Shown here piece after piece: positions 1 to 11,963 of a DNA stretch of 64,000 bases. How positions within the stretch are numbered: position 1 is the stretch's first letter; each line of letters begins with the position of its first letter. Below the pieces are notes generated by a model. The model had not been told where the DNA came from, searched no databases, and saw only the letters and a program-made list of their open reading frames with translations. This DNA is from Haliotis rufescens (Eukaryota), in contig NW_025964224.1 in the NCBI RefSeq assembly GCF_023055435.1, positions 1,178,001 through 1,242,000 on the forward strand. Direction: 5' to 3'. The position numbers were made by a program, and so were the translations under genes.

Positions 1-466
1 TCTGGTACAGAGACCATGGTGGTAGTGATACATGGTCTACCGGATCTGGGAAGGTCACATGTTGTCCTGTGTCTCTGATAATGAGTCCACAGTTTTGTAG
101 TGGTGCTATCTGGCTGCAGCTGAAGGTGATTCTCCCGTTTGCACTCGGCCGATGTCGTTGTTGAGTTTGGCTTCAGTTAGTCGTGGCATGTTTTCGCTGT
201 TCACTTGCTGTAAGATTGTGATGGCATGCAAATGAAAACCCAACGTTTTTATAGCCAAACAAGTGATGTTGCACATGTCATATTGTGTTGTGTTTTTGCG
301 ATTTTTCGAACTTTTGTCCAAATTTCTGCAGTACCTCATTCTTTCCACACATAGTAATCCAAATCCATGGAGAAATGTTTGGTATAATGTTTGTATGGAT
401 ATCGGCAACACTCTGTCAGGTATTTACGATATTACTACTTTTGCGTTTCATTTTTTGCAAAGTGTA
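1..466 (-). mobile_element. Tc1/mariner DNA transposon relic (left end plus disrupted transposase N-terminus)
   Basis: The minus strand from 189 reads MPRLTEAKLNNDIGRVQTGESPSAAAR*, then in another frame TTTKLWTHYQRHRTTCDLPRSGRPCITT, the paired-like HTH with the GRPR-type motif of Tc1 transposases. A TA-CACT... terminus lies at about 466. Confidence 0.75.
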
Positions 467-590
467 CAACAGAATACACACTGACACCATTACACAAAGG
501 AGTACACACTGAGTATATTATACAAAGGCGTATACACTGGGGGCATTATACATAGCAAAATACAGAACAGACCCATTCTATCCCAGCAAG

Positions 591-947
591 GGACCGCCTC
601 CGTGGTCTAGTGGTAGAGCGTCCGCCCGGTGAGCGGAACGTCCGGGGTTCGATCCCAGACCGCGTCATACCAAAAGACGTTAAAAGATGGTACTTGTTGT
701 TACCCTGTCTGGCGCTCGGCATTAAGGGGCTAAAACAAGGACTGGTCGGCTCGGAGTCAGTATACTGTGTCTGAGTGGGGTATTCATGTTAAACTGCGGC
801 ATGGTATCTCAGTGAGCTAGCACTATAAATCGGCATCAGTCCGACTAGTACAAGTAGCCACACAAACACACACACGTACATGCACGTCGCTATATCTAAG
901 TGTAATAATCTTGGACGCGACGTTAAACCATATTTCACCTCACCTCA
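591..947 (+). mobile_element. tRNA-derived SINE family A (Meta-domain-like core), full length
   Basis: A/B boxes (tggtctagtgg; gttcgatccc), core gatggtacttgttgttaccctgtctggcgctcggcattaa, (cacct)n tail. TSD cccagcaag at 582-590 and 948-956. Confidence 0.85.
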
Positions 948-959
948 CCCAGCAAGCTG

Positions 960-2420
960 TCATCCAAAGTCGGGCTGCCCAACATAAAACGTCTGTAGTT
1001 GTTCCCACTGATAAGGCCTCAGATAAAAGCAGCATTATATGTAAGAATCATTGCACTTATTTTCTAGCTTTGTAAAAGTGGCAACTCAGAAAGAAATCTG
1101 CCCAAACCATGCATAAGTACTATCAACTTTTGACGTGACTCTTCACCTGAGGACATGTCCATTCCCCTTTTTACTGGATTCCAAAGCTCCATAAAAATCC
1201 ATACACAGAGAGATAACAGTAATTGTTGCTCGGTCCAGCTAATGTTCCACCAGATCCCTGTCTCAACGATTAACCATTATTCTTAATACAATCTAGGAAG
1301 GACTTTCTTTATATTATACACAGAAAGTATTTGAGACAAGAGGAATCAACACATGTGGATTCTCAAAAACTGAAAGGATTTGCTTGACTTTTTAAAACCT
1401 CATAAAAAAACCAGGTTCAATTCTGTCAAAACATTTGATTTTTCAACAATGTTCACCTCTATCCCCGGGGCTTTCGGGTAGCCCAGTGGTTAAAGCGTTC
1501 GCTCGTCACGCCGAAGACCCGGGTTCGATTCTCGACATGGGTACAATATGTGAAGCCCATTTCTGGTGTCTCCGCCGTGATATTGCTGGAATATTGCCAA
1601 TAGCGGCGCAAAACCATACTCACTCACTCACCACTATCCCACGTGACAAAGTTCATTCCTTGATCCGAGGGACTTTTGTTACGAAATGTGGCGACCATAG
1701 ATACAGTTACATGTGTATCTTCAGAGGTTCGGGGCAATTTGTCAAAACTGAAAGCAAGTGCCACCTGAAGTTTATTGGAAAAAAAATGTGTGAAGTGCTG
1801 GGCTTCCTCGTTGACAACATCTATGTAACATTTTGGGGTAAGACATTTGGGCAAGAAGTAGGCATCCCCATGGGCGCCAGCTGCCCTCCCCTTCTTGCTG
1901 ATCTGTTTCTTGTGCGTGTGATTTGGAACTTCTGCTCGGATTGACAAAGTCAAAACAAGGTATTTTGGCTAAGAAATTTAACCCAAGCTTCAGGTATATC
2001 GATGATCTGATATCGTTCAATGACCATCAAAATAGCCAATTCCCTTCCACTGATTTACCCACCTGAAGTAGAAATATGTACTTAATGTAGATCAATGCAT
2101 AAAGATTCAGAGTGACAAAACACTCTCCACAAGAATGTGACAAGAAAAGTGGCTTCAACTTTCCAACAGTCATATATCCCTTTTTTTCGAGCAATATTCC
2201 TGTAGAATTCCAGATTGATTTTGAGAAGACTGGATACAATTGCCGATAGTCCACAAGGAGAACAGTCACTAAGTTGATGGACTATATGACGACAAGTTGG
2301 GTAGAGAGTGTTCACTTGGATAAAGTGCAGTGGAACCACTTTGCCAACAGCGGTCATCGGACCGACAACAACATCGAAGGTGCCATAACAAACTGCACTC
2401 TTTAACGACATACATCTTTC
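960..2420 (+). mobile_element. Penelope-like retroelement reverse transcriptase relic (Naiad/Chlamys-like), frameshifted
   Basis: Motifs across frames: VVVPTDKAS, FYWIPKLHKNPY, KTFDFSTM..TTIP, FLVDNIYV, VGIPMGASCPPLLADLFL, FRYIDDLISFN, DKKSGFNFP...SNIP. Interrupted by a SINE. Confidence 0.8.
1466..1630 (+). mobile_element. Short tRNA-derived SINE family B (GTC anticodon-like head) inserted in the RT relic
   Basis: gggtagcccagtggttaaagcgttcgctcgtcacgcc...gggttcgattc, (cact)n tail. TSD cacc(t/a)ctatccc at 1454-1465 and 1629-1640. Confidence 0.85.
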
Positions 2421-2466
2421 ATTTAGTGAAGCTGATAGTCTGTCCTACAGACACTGATACATATAG

Positions 2467-3237
2467 AATACTAAACAAGCTCCCGTGTAATACCAATTTT
2501 ATGAAACGAGTGAATAGTTCTGGTATCTGACGAGCGAAAGCGAGTCAGATACCATAACTATTCACGAGTTTCATAAAATTGGTTTTACACGGGAGCGAGT
2601 TTAGTATTTTATTTATTACTGGCCATTTATAACGTTTTTAGAATTATACTGTTGAGTGTGAATAGGCTGACACCTACACGATCCACGGCATAATCCAACT
2701 GAGTTTAACACAGTAATACTTCAGTAATACTTCAAATACGTCAAAAGTTGAAACGTATGAATTTAATACCATCCAACGGTCCAACTTTAGAATTCAGGCG
2801 TCCGTTCCACAAAATTATCGTAGCGTTAAGGTTATCGCAACTCATATACTTTAACTTAGACCAACGACTGTCGCCGCGCTACCGTACGATCGCCTTGTGG
2901 AACGGGGCCTTGCGCCTCAAAGTTTACAATCACGTCACAATACCCGATGACGTAATTTGTGGAATTTTGTTGCAAGATCCTTCGGCGAAACAATGCCATG
3001 TGACGTCAACCTAGCAACAAGGTTGCTGGGGTCATCCAGTGTGCATAAGCTCCTCTCAGTGATCTATCATCTCCACAAGCAATGTCGTTGAATAAGCCAA
3101 GGGATGTTGAGAGCTTTCAATATTTGTTCGTGAAACGTGTTCCGAGAGTACATAAGCACGCGTTTTGGTATTACACAATGTGTAATACAGCTGTATGTTT
3201 ATTAAACGGGTGATCTCTTCACGGGCAAGTAATAAAA
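2467..3237. mobile_element. Non-autonomous element with a long terminal hairpin (Crypton-like architecture)
   Basis: A palindrome of about 140 bp (2467-2608) centred on gcGAAAgc. tttattactg at about 2612 is inverted against gtaataaa at about 3229-3236. The family assignment is inference. Confidence 0.45.
2795..2910. mobile_element. Small MITE nested in the hairpin element
   Basis: Terminal inverted repeats aggcgtccgttccacaa / ttgtggaacggggcct. Confidence 0.5.
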
Positions 3238-3854
3238 ATATATATCAAATACAGCCCATGCAAGTCTATAATGTTTTGCAAGTCTAGATCACTGCAGTAT
3301 CAGAAAATGAAGAGAGTCACTGGGCTCCTTTTTATTATATTTTTATTAAGATAACTGAACAACTGTTTTTTTTTTATGTACGATATGTTCATTTCAGAGA
3401 CTAGATGTAAGTCTATGAAGCTGATTAAGCGTGAGCAATCCACAACCGAGGTGAAACGTGCCGAGCAGTCTTGTCACCCACGACAACCACCTAGAGCACG
3501 TGGCTATGGTGCAGTCGACCAGGGCAGCTGAGAGCTAAGGACAGACCCATCAATGGCCACTTATCTGTCTTGGACTATACCGACACAGTTACTTCTTGGC
3601 GTATGGAATAGCTAGACTATAACTAGATGTCCAAGATAACTTGGATCAAGAGGAGTGACACGGCGCCAATACATTTTGTAGCATACCCGCCTATACTGAT
3701 GCATGTTCCTATACTGCCATAAGGCGCACGTGTGTAACCCAGAAGATAAAACAAACTGTAATTTGCATGTGGTACCTTCAGAATCAGGAATGAGAGTATG
3801 ACACATTTCAGTTTAGATATTTATGTCATAAAGAAGTAGAAACCTAACATATTA

Positions 3855-4020
3855 TGAGTGAGTGAGTATGGTTTTACGCCGCTTTTAGCAATATTCCAGC
3901 AATATCACGGCGGGGGACACCAGAAATGGGCTTCACACATTGTACCCATGTCGGGAATCGAACCCGGGTCTTCGGCGTGACGAGCGAACGCTTTAACCAC
4001 TAGGCTACCCGACCGCCCCT
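3855..4020 (-). mobile_element. SINE family B, full length
   Basis: Reverse complement of 1466-1630. 14-bp TSD ctaacatattatga at 3844-3857 and 4021-4034. Confidence 0.9.
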
Positions 4021-4034
4021 CTAACATATTATGA

Positions 4035-4700
4035 AAACAAAACTAGTAATATGTTTTCACAATGACTTCCTGAAACATTTTGTTATTGTTTTTAAGAAAC
4101 ATGGGGTATTAAGTATGGACACAATCATAGTGGTATGCATGACACTGTTAATGATGTTAATAATGGTAAGATCAACTGGGTCTCTAAAATCAAACACATT
4201 CTTTATTCGTTTGGTTTTGGCTACATTTGGGAGATGCAATTTAGTAATAATCGTAGAAGTTTTATTTCGGAATTTGTAAACCGTTCAAAAGCCTCATCTG
4301 AGCAAGATTGGCATGCAGCTGTTTCATCTAGCACTCAATCCCAAAGTTACTCTCTTTACAAAATTTCATTTGGCTTAGAAAGCTATATCAATGTAGTAAA
4401 TGTTTCAAAATTCAGAGCTGCACTTGCTCAGTTGAGATGCTCCTCCCATCGGCTGCGAATTGAGACCGGTCGATATATTAAGGAAATTAGAGAACAGAGA
4501 CTGTGTTTGATTTGTAACCAGAATTTTATTGAGGACGAATATCATTTTATGCTTATATGCAATGCTTATAGTGATTTAAGAGCTGAATACATTCCTCTTC
4601 TAAAATAAATTTAATGCTCTTATGTCATCCACTAATTTCAAAATCATACGAAATCTAGCAGTCTACGTTTACAAAGCTTTTCGACTTCGTTCATTGCATG
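4035..4700 (+). mobile_element. 3' fragment of a non-LTR retrotransposon ORF2 (RTE-X-like C-terminal region)
   Basis: ORF 4135-4608 contains LAQLRCSSHRLRIETGRY...RLCLICNQNFIEDEYHFMLIC..YSDLR, the CxxC...H...C C-terminal motif of LINE ORF2. Confidence 0.8.
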
Positions 4701-4984
4701 CAGTCTTAATATTTATTTGTATATATGCATGTGTATGTGTATGAATGTGTATGGATATGGATATATATGTAAAATAGTGGTAATTCTTTTTTCTCCCTCT
4801 CTCTGTAAATAGTTCTGTGTAATAGGCATACGGCTTAACACTTTTTGTGAATAAACAATATAATATAATATGCATGACACTGTTGACGTTGACATATCTC
4901 CAGCGGTAAAGTTGTTTTGAAAAATAATCATAATTAATCCTTTCGGCGTTGTAGCTACATTGTTGAAATAGTAATTAATTTTGA

Positions 4985-5230
4985 TTGTTGGTTTGTTTGT
5001 TGTTTAACGCCGCACTCAGCAATATTCAAGCTCTATATGACGGCGTTCTGTAAATAATAGAGTCTGGACCAGACAATCCAGTGATTGACATCATGAGCAT
5101 AGATCTAGTCAATTGGGATACGATGACATGCATCAACCAAGTCAGCGAGCCTGACCACCCGATCCCGTTAGTCTCCTCTTACGACAAGCATATTCGCCTC
5201 TTGTGGCAAGCATAAGTTGCTGAAGACCTA
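4985..5230 (-). mobile_element. SINE-like family C copy (no clear tRNA head; ccatgcttgtcgtaagaggcgactaa motif; (caaa)n tail)
   Basis: The same ~250-bp sequence recurs more than ten times. Other copies, all approximate: 5275-5530, 5674-6180 (disrupted), 11968-12175, 13315-13630, 23665-23906, 24663-24910, 29068-29670 (several), 35275-35530, 47820-48015, 50910-51010, 61370-61565. Confidence 0.85.
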
Positions 5231-5822
5231 TTACAACTTACGTTTGTTATTCAATTGTTTGTAAATGCATTGTTCACCGTGGGGATCCGGGGTGTGCCCA
5301 ACACCCCCATGCTTGTCGTGAAAGGCAACCCAATTGAGTTCGGAATGTATCTTCAGCGACCCATGCTTGTCGTAACAGGCGAGTAACAGGATCGCCTGGT
5401 CAGGTTCGCTGACTTGATGCATGTCATCGTATCCCATTTTCGTAGATCGATGCTCATGATATCAATCACTGGTGTGTCTGTAACAGAGTCGATTATTTAC
5501 AATCCGCCATCATATAGCTGGAATATTATCTTGGAAAAATCCAAATAAATTTGTATAGCTCATTAAGCTGACCTTAAAAATTATTTTATTTTTATTTTTG
5601 TTGAAAAACGTCACCAATGGCTTCGTCCTAATTATGTTGTATTCACATGTAAAACATGAATACAATGCTTTGAGACCCGTGAATATCCGAGGTACAATAC
5701 GACTTCAGGAAACCATGCTTCCCGTAAAAGGCGACTATGCTAACGGGATCGGGTGGTCAGGCTTGCTGACTTGGTTGATGCATGTCAAGGTCAAGTATTA
5801 ATTCCAATTGCGTGGATTTCCA

Positions 5823-5825
<3 letters not shown>

Positions 5826-5864
<39 letters not shown>
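5826..5864 (+). repeat. Poly-G homopolymer (39 nt)
   Basis: Read directly from the sequence. Confidence 0.9.
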
Positions 5865-5865
<1 letters not shown>

Positions 5866-6203
5866 TTGCAATTGTTCCTAGCGACGGGACACATGAATAT
5901 ACCCCGGGACGCTATTTCATTCACATTGTGTCGTATCTATAAAGCCAAATGTGTGTGTTAGTTCCTTTCTCACAATTGCCATACCCTGCGGAGAACTCTG
6001 GGATGGAATTTGGTCCCAAATTGTAAGCACCCTAAATTTGCCTCGGTTGATTGCGTGTCATCGTAACCCGGTGCTCATAGTATCAACCACAAGTTTCTCT
6101 GGTCCCTAGTCGATAATTTACATACAGCTGTTAGGTAGCTGGAACATTAAATTTCTGAGTGCCGCGTTAACCAACAAACAGTAGGTAGGACTAAATGACA
6201 TAA

Positions 6204-6352
6204 TGAGTAAGTATGGTTTTACACCGCTTTTTAGCAATATTCCAGCAATATCACGGCAGGGGGCACCAGAAAGGGGGTTCACACATTGTACTTATGTCGG
6301 GAATCGCACCGGGTCTTCGGCTTGACGTGCGAAGCTTTAACCACTTGGCTAC
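6204..6352 (-). mobile_element. SINE family B, degenerate
   Basis: Similar to 3855-4020. Further copies, approximate: 28740-28830, 29720-29790 (head only), 34562-34698, 35085-35232, 50445-50600, 50718-50876, 51765-51939. Confidence 0.8.
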
Positions 6353-6669
6353 CTGACATAATAACTAAATGCATGATAATTATGCTGCACTCAGCTATAA
6401 AATTCAAATCATACAATGTTTTATTCATGAATACATTTCCGAAACGACAATTATAAGCTAAACCTTTCAACTGATGTTATAGTTATTCACATATCATGTC
6501 TATAAGAGTCATATGCCAAACTTAAATGTCTGATTAATATTTCGACTGTCTACTGTTTAAGGAAATTAAAACAGATGAATGAAAATATTTATGTGTTGAA
6601 AAATCTACACGTTTACACTTCGATGATAAGTGGTGGTGATATATTACAAGAGAAGTTTTGAATTTGAAC

Positions 6670-6912
6670 TTGACAGTGAGCGTTTCGCGAACTGGAGCCG
6701 AAGTGGAGTGCTAGATTGTGAAAACGAGGACACTGGCTGTTTACATTGTCGCCGAGGTAGTTATCGGACTTCGGCACTTTCCGTACCAGTCCGAATTGTC
6801 ACGGAGTCTTGCCAACCAATCAAATTACCTCCCTTTCCGCGTACCTTGCTAATGGCGAGAACACAGGTCAATAACGACGCTTCAACTACTTTTGTTCCAG
6901 ATTTTGCTGCAG
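6670..6912 (+). promoter_or_regulatory. Putative CpG-rich promoter and non-coding exon 1 of the zinc-finger gene
   Basis: Locally CpG-rich unique DNA, CCAAT box (about 6816), YY1-like aatggcg (about 6851), donor cag|gtaata at 6912/6913. CpG depletion starts just downstream. Confidence 0.55.
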
Positions 6913-8243
6913 GTAATAAGTGTTCTAAGTGGGAAAAACATGTTGCAATATTTTTTTGAATGTTAAATATTATGATTGCGCTCGTCTTTGGCTGCATTTA
7001 CGACCCGGAAGCGCGTACTGGGCGGGATTTCCATTTTCCTAGCCATTTTGTGTTGTCGCGTCGATATTTTCGTTCGTGTGCAAAACACTGTAAATCTTCC
7101 TCTACGGGTAATTCATTATAACTTATTGGATCTATGTGTAAATAAACTCTGCAATATTTGTAAATTACTTAAATTTTTTGCAACATTTGGGAAAATTGTC
7201 CCCGCAAGTAATGAGGTTGATTTCACTGAGAACTTAACCTTTTGCTATCCGGGAAATGGGAACTTCATTTGAAATTCGGCATCCATCTTGATTTTCTGAA
7301 ACCATTCGTAAAATCATTAGGGTGTGCAATTGCTTCATTTCCTTGCATTAACAGGTGATGTATACGTGCTTTGTTAGCGAGAGGACGAAACAATGATACT
7401 TCAGAATGCCAGTATCGATTTCTGGAATGTACGCTACTCGTGGGCTTATCAATTTCAACTGTAAATAAACCGAGACTTGCCCGATCATGATTTTACTTGC
7501 TCCCCTTTGGATTTTGACGGGTTTACACTCATAAAATCAACAATTGGTTCATCGCATGCCATAAAATCACTCATATTTTAGATTTATCACGATTTCACCC
7601 AAAAGTTTAAAGTTTCATTACCAGAAAAAATGATATGTATGAGCCATAGGCATGTTGTTAGTGGCCCGCCCATGTGTTGAGGTAGGTCTCGTCGCAACAT
7701 CAAGGTTTGTTGAATATGTGCAGGTCCTGCCCATAACTTTATACCTAAAACACTGATGATATAAGCAGTTTTTGTATGTAATTAGGATGCAGATATCCAT
7801 ATCCTTGTGATCTTCTTGTCCTTGTGCTTCTATTTAGAAGCTCAATATCAAAGTCCATGTTTACTTTGCAGTCACACAATACACATTAATAGAATGAATG
7901 TTCACATACCAACATTATTTAAGGAAATATGTTTTATGTGTATGTTAAGTGAAGTATTGAAAATGGTATTTGAAGCAAGCGCGAAAGACAAGAAGTCCAT
8001 GTCATATCCTTTATGTTAACAGATAAAATCTGAGGGGTCCTAGTTTCAATTGCTAGGTGTAAACCTCAAGGATCTAGGAGCCTGATGAATGTGAACTCTT
8101 AATGTATTAGTCTATTGTCAACCTATTTGATGCACTCATTGAATCCTTTGACATGTTGATTCCCAAAAATTTGATTCCGCAAACACTTGTCGTAGATGAA
8201 ACTTGTTAGGTCAGATGTTTGTTTGGCATTTGCCCTTATCTAC

Positions 8244-8625
8244 TAGGCTTGGGATGATACACCAACTGTGTGATCCGATACATATCTTGCTCCCGATCCT
8301 GTATGTATCATGATACTTGCGTGTGCTCTAATCTTTGGTGCATGAGCCATCTTTTTCACTGACAGGATTGCCAAATACCTGGCGCACTGATGATTTACAG
8401 TTGGCAGTGTCAAGTATGGCATAGTGGTTTTTGGGACGTTGTAAGCTTCAGCTATTTTATGATCCAGTCTACAAGCTTATTTATGTTTTCAATACTAATT
8501 TGTGTTTTGTGTAACATTTATTTAAGCAAACATTGAAGGTATGACAATATGTTTTACTTAGAGTGCGACTGTGATCGATGCTTGCATTGAGAAGTAAAAA
8601 CATTGCGATGCATCGTCCATCACTA
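8244..8625. mobile_element. Old hAT-like MITE
   Basis: Ends taggcttgggatgat / atcgtccatcacta with an 8-bp TSD (t/g)tatctac at 8236-8243 and 8626-8633. Confidence 0.6.
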
Positions 8626-9111
8626 GTATCTACCTGTGCTGTGCGATGAAACCCCGGTACATGATTACATGAACAGTGTGATGTCATATAACCACAGATT
8701 GATATAGCTTGTGGCCAGTAGTATCTGTAGTGTGCAAAAAATTCATGTGTTATCACATCAATCTAGTTACATTTTTAACTGAGTTTCTGATCAACTTATA
8801 TATGTTTCGTCACTATTGCCAGCATTGATACTTTTAGGCTTGAAGTGTTGTAATTAGGAAAATAAATCTTGGTAACACCAGAGATTAAACTATAAAGAAT
8901 TCTCAACTGTAAAAACTATTATTATGAATTATAGCTAAAATGGATAAAATTATCATTAAACCGCCTGCATGTTAAACGAAATGAGGGGGCCACTGTAACT
9001 TGATAATGCCCTCATATTGCTTGATGTGACGACAGGCCATTGTCACGCCCGTTGGTAACAGACGCCATATTGACGTTCAATAGTGACGTCATCTGGTTTC
9101 TTCTATTATGT

Positions 9112-9463
9112 GACCGCCTCCGTGGTCTTGTGGTAGAGCGTCCGCCCGGAGAGCGGAAGGTCCAGGGTTCGATCCCGGGCCGCGTCATACAAAAAGACGT
9201 TAAAAGATTGTACTTGTTGTTACCCTGTCTGGCGCTCGGCATTAAGGGGCTAAAACAAGGACTGGTCGGCTCGGAGTCAGTATACTGTGTCTGAGTGAGG
9301 TATTCATGTTAAACTGCGGCATGGTATCTCAGTGAGCTAGCACTATAAATCGGCATCAGTCCGGACTAGTACAAGCAGCCACACACACACATACACGTGC
9401 ATGCACGTCGCTATATAAGTGCAATAATCTTGGACGCGACGTTAAACCCAATTTCACCTCACC
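9112..9463 (+). mobile_element. SINE family A, full length
   Basis: Near-identical to 591-947. 13-bp TSD tcttctattatgt at 9099-9111 and 9464-9476. Partial or older copies at about 9700-9860 and 23965-24240. Confidence 0.9.
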
Positions 9464-9961
9464 TCTTCTATTATGTTTCCATATTTGTGAAAGTGGGTCA
9501 GTGACATTCAGTAAATGTTTCAAAACTGATATTGTTATTAATTTATTTTTATTTGATAACAAATTAGTTAATGGAAGACCTCAGGCTTCTGCAAATGATA
9601 ATGCCCTGAAACAAAGCGTTACCCTTATATCAATCGTACATGATCATGCATATGCATTTCCTGTGAACACCCATCTTTCTGTCACTCGTGGTGTAACTAG
9701 GACTGCCTCTGTGGTAGAGCATCTGCCTAGACAGTGCAAGGTCGGGGGGTTCGATCCCTGGACACGTCATACCAAAAGATGTTAAAAGATAGTACTTGTT
9801 GTTACCCTGACTGGCGTTTGGCATTAAAGGGGTTGAAATAAGGACTCGTCGGCTCTGACTGGAGTATTTTTCGTGTGATAGAAGTATCCCAGTACTATAG
9901 GAGAGTCTGTCTGGTCAGCAACTTATGGAGGAGTTTGTACACTGCAGTCAACATCCATGTA

Positions 9962-10117
9962 CAGCGTTAGAAATTGGCACTAGTCCTATAGTCCCTGCCA
10001 AACTGCCCAATGGTAAAGGTATCATAAGGACTAGTAGAAATTTGCCATTTTTAAGGGTTTTGCTACATGTTATCATTATAAGGACTAGTGGATGAAAGCT
10101 GTTAGTTTCTAACCCTG
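9962..10117. mobile_element. MITE with CAG...CTG ends and a 5-bp TSD (hAT5-like)
   Basis: TIR cagcgttagaaa / tttctaaccctg, TSD atgta on both sides. Confidence 0.75.
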
Positions 10118-10187
10118 ATGTAATACATGTAACATTCAAGTCCTGGACTCTGACATACATGTATTCTGTGTTTACTGTACTTGCTTT

Positions 10188-11963
10188 GTATGGTCAGTAC
10201 ACATACACACTGCTCGTCACTTAGTGTGGTCAGTACACATACACACTTCTAGTCACTTCGTGTGGTCAGTACACATACACACTTCTAGTCACTTCGTGTG
10301 GTCAGTACACATACACACTTCTAGTCACTTCGTGTGGTCAGTACACATACACACTGCTATTCACTTGGTGTGGTCAGTACACATACACACTTCTAGTCAC
10401 TTAGTGTGGTCAGTACATATACACACTGCTAGTCACTTAGTGTGGTCAGTACACATACACACTTCTAGTCACTTAGTGTGGTCAGTACATATACACACTG
10501 CTAGTCACTTAGTGTGGTCAGTACACATACACACTTCTAGTCACTTAGTGTGGTCAGTACATATACACACTGCTAGTTACTTAGTGTGGTCAGTACATAT
10601 ACACACTGCTAGTCACTTAGTGTGGTCAGTACACATACACACTGCTATTCACTTAGTGTGGTCAGTACATATACACACTGCTAGTCACTTAGTGTGGTCA
10701 GTACACATACACACTGCTAGTCACTTGGTGTGGTCAGTACACATACACACTGCTAGTCACTTGGTGTGGTCAGTACATATACACACTGCTAGTCACTTAG
10801 TGTGGCCAGTACACATACACACTTCTAGTCACTTGGTGTGGTCAGTACACATACACACTGCTATTCACTTAGTGTGGTCAGTACCCATACACTGCTAGTC
10901 ACTTCGTGTGGTCAGTACACATACACACTGCTAGTCACTTCGTGTGGTCAGTACACATACACACTGCTAGTCACTTCATGTGGTCAGTACACATACACAC
11001 TGCTATTCACTTCGTGTGGTCAGTACACATACACACTGCTAGTCACTTAGTGTGGTCAGTACACATACACACTGCTATTCACTTAGTGTGGTCAGTACAC
11101 ATACACACTGCTAGTCACTTCGTGTGGTCAGTACACATACCCACTGCTAGTCACTTCGTGTGGTCAGTACACATACACTTCTAGTCACTTCGTGTGGTCA
11201 GTACACATACACACTTCTAGTCACTTTGTGTGGTCAGTACACATACACACTTCTAGTCACTTCGTGTGGTCAGTACACATACACACTTCTAGTCACTTTG
11301 TGTGGTCAGTACACATACACACTTCTAGTCACTTGGTGTGGTCAGTACACATACACACTGCTATTCACTTGGTGTGGTCAGTACACATACACACTTCTAG
11401 TCACTTTGTGTGGTCAGTACACATACACACTTCTAGTCACTTCGTGTGGTCAGTACACATACCCACTGCTAGTCACTTCGTGTGGTCAGTACACATACAC
11501 TTCTAGTCACTTCGTGTGGTCAGTACACATACACACTTCTAGTCACTTTGTGTGGTCAGTACACATACACACTTCTAGTCACTTCGTGTGGTCAGTACAC
11601 ATACACACTTCTAGTCACTTTGTGTGGTCAGTACACATACACACTTCTAGTCACTTGGTGTGGTCAGTACACATACACACTGCTATTCACTTGGTGTGGT
11701 CAGTACACATACACACTTCTAGTCACTTTGTGTGGTCAGTACACATACACACTTCTAGTCACTTCGTGTGGTCAGTACACATACACACTTCTAGTCACTT
11801 TGTGTGGTCAGTACACATACACACTTCTAGTCACTTGGTGTGGTCAGTACACATACACACTTCTAGTCACTTTGTGTGGTCAGTACAAATACACACTTCT
11901 AGTCACTTCGTGTGGTCAGTACACATACACACTGCTAGTCACTTTGTGTGGTCAGTACACACA
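10188..11963. repeat. 36-bp minisatellite, about 49 units, intronic
   Basis: Unit gtgtggtcagtacacatacacact(t/g)ctagtcacttN. It explains the VWSVHIHTSSHL ORFs. Confidence 0.95.

Noticed and set aside
591-665. Functional tRNA genes at SINE heads (also 1466, 3950-4020, 9112, 14689)
   Set aside because: They continue into SINE bodies with TSDs and simple-repeat tails and lack a complete acceptor stem and Pol III terminator.
1435-1944. 169-aa ORF as a host gene
   Set aside because: Chimera of SINE B and Penelope-like RT fragments.
5826-5864. Poly-G as a functional G-quadruplex
   Set aside because: It lies inside a disrupted repeat, long G runs can be sequencing artefacts, and there is no supporting context.
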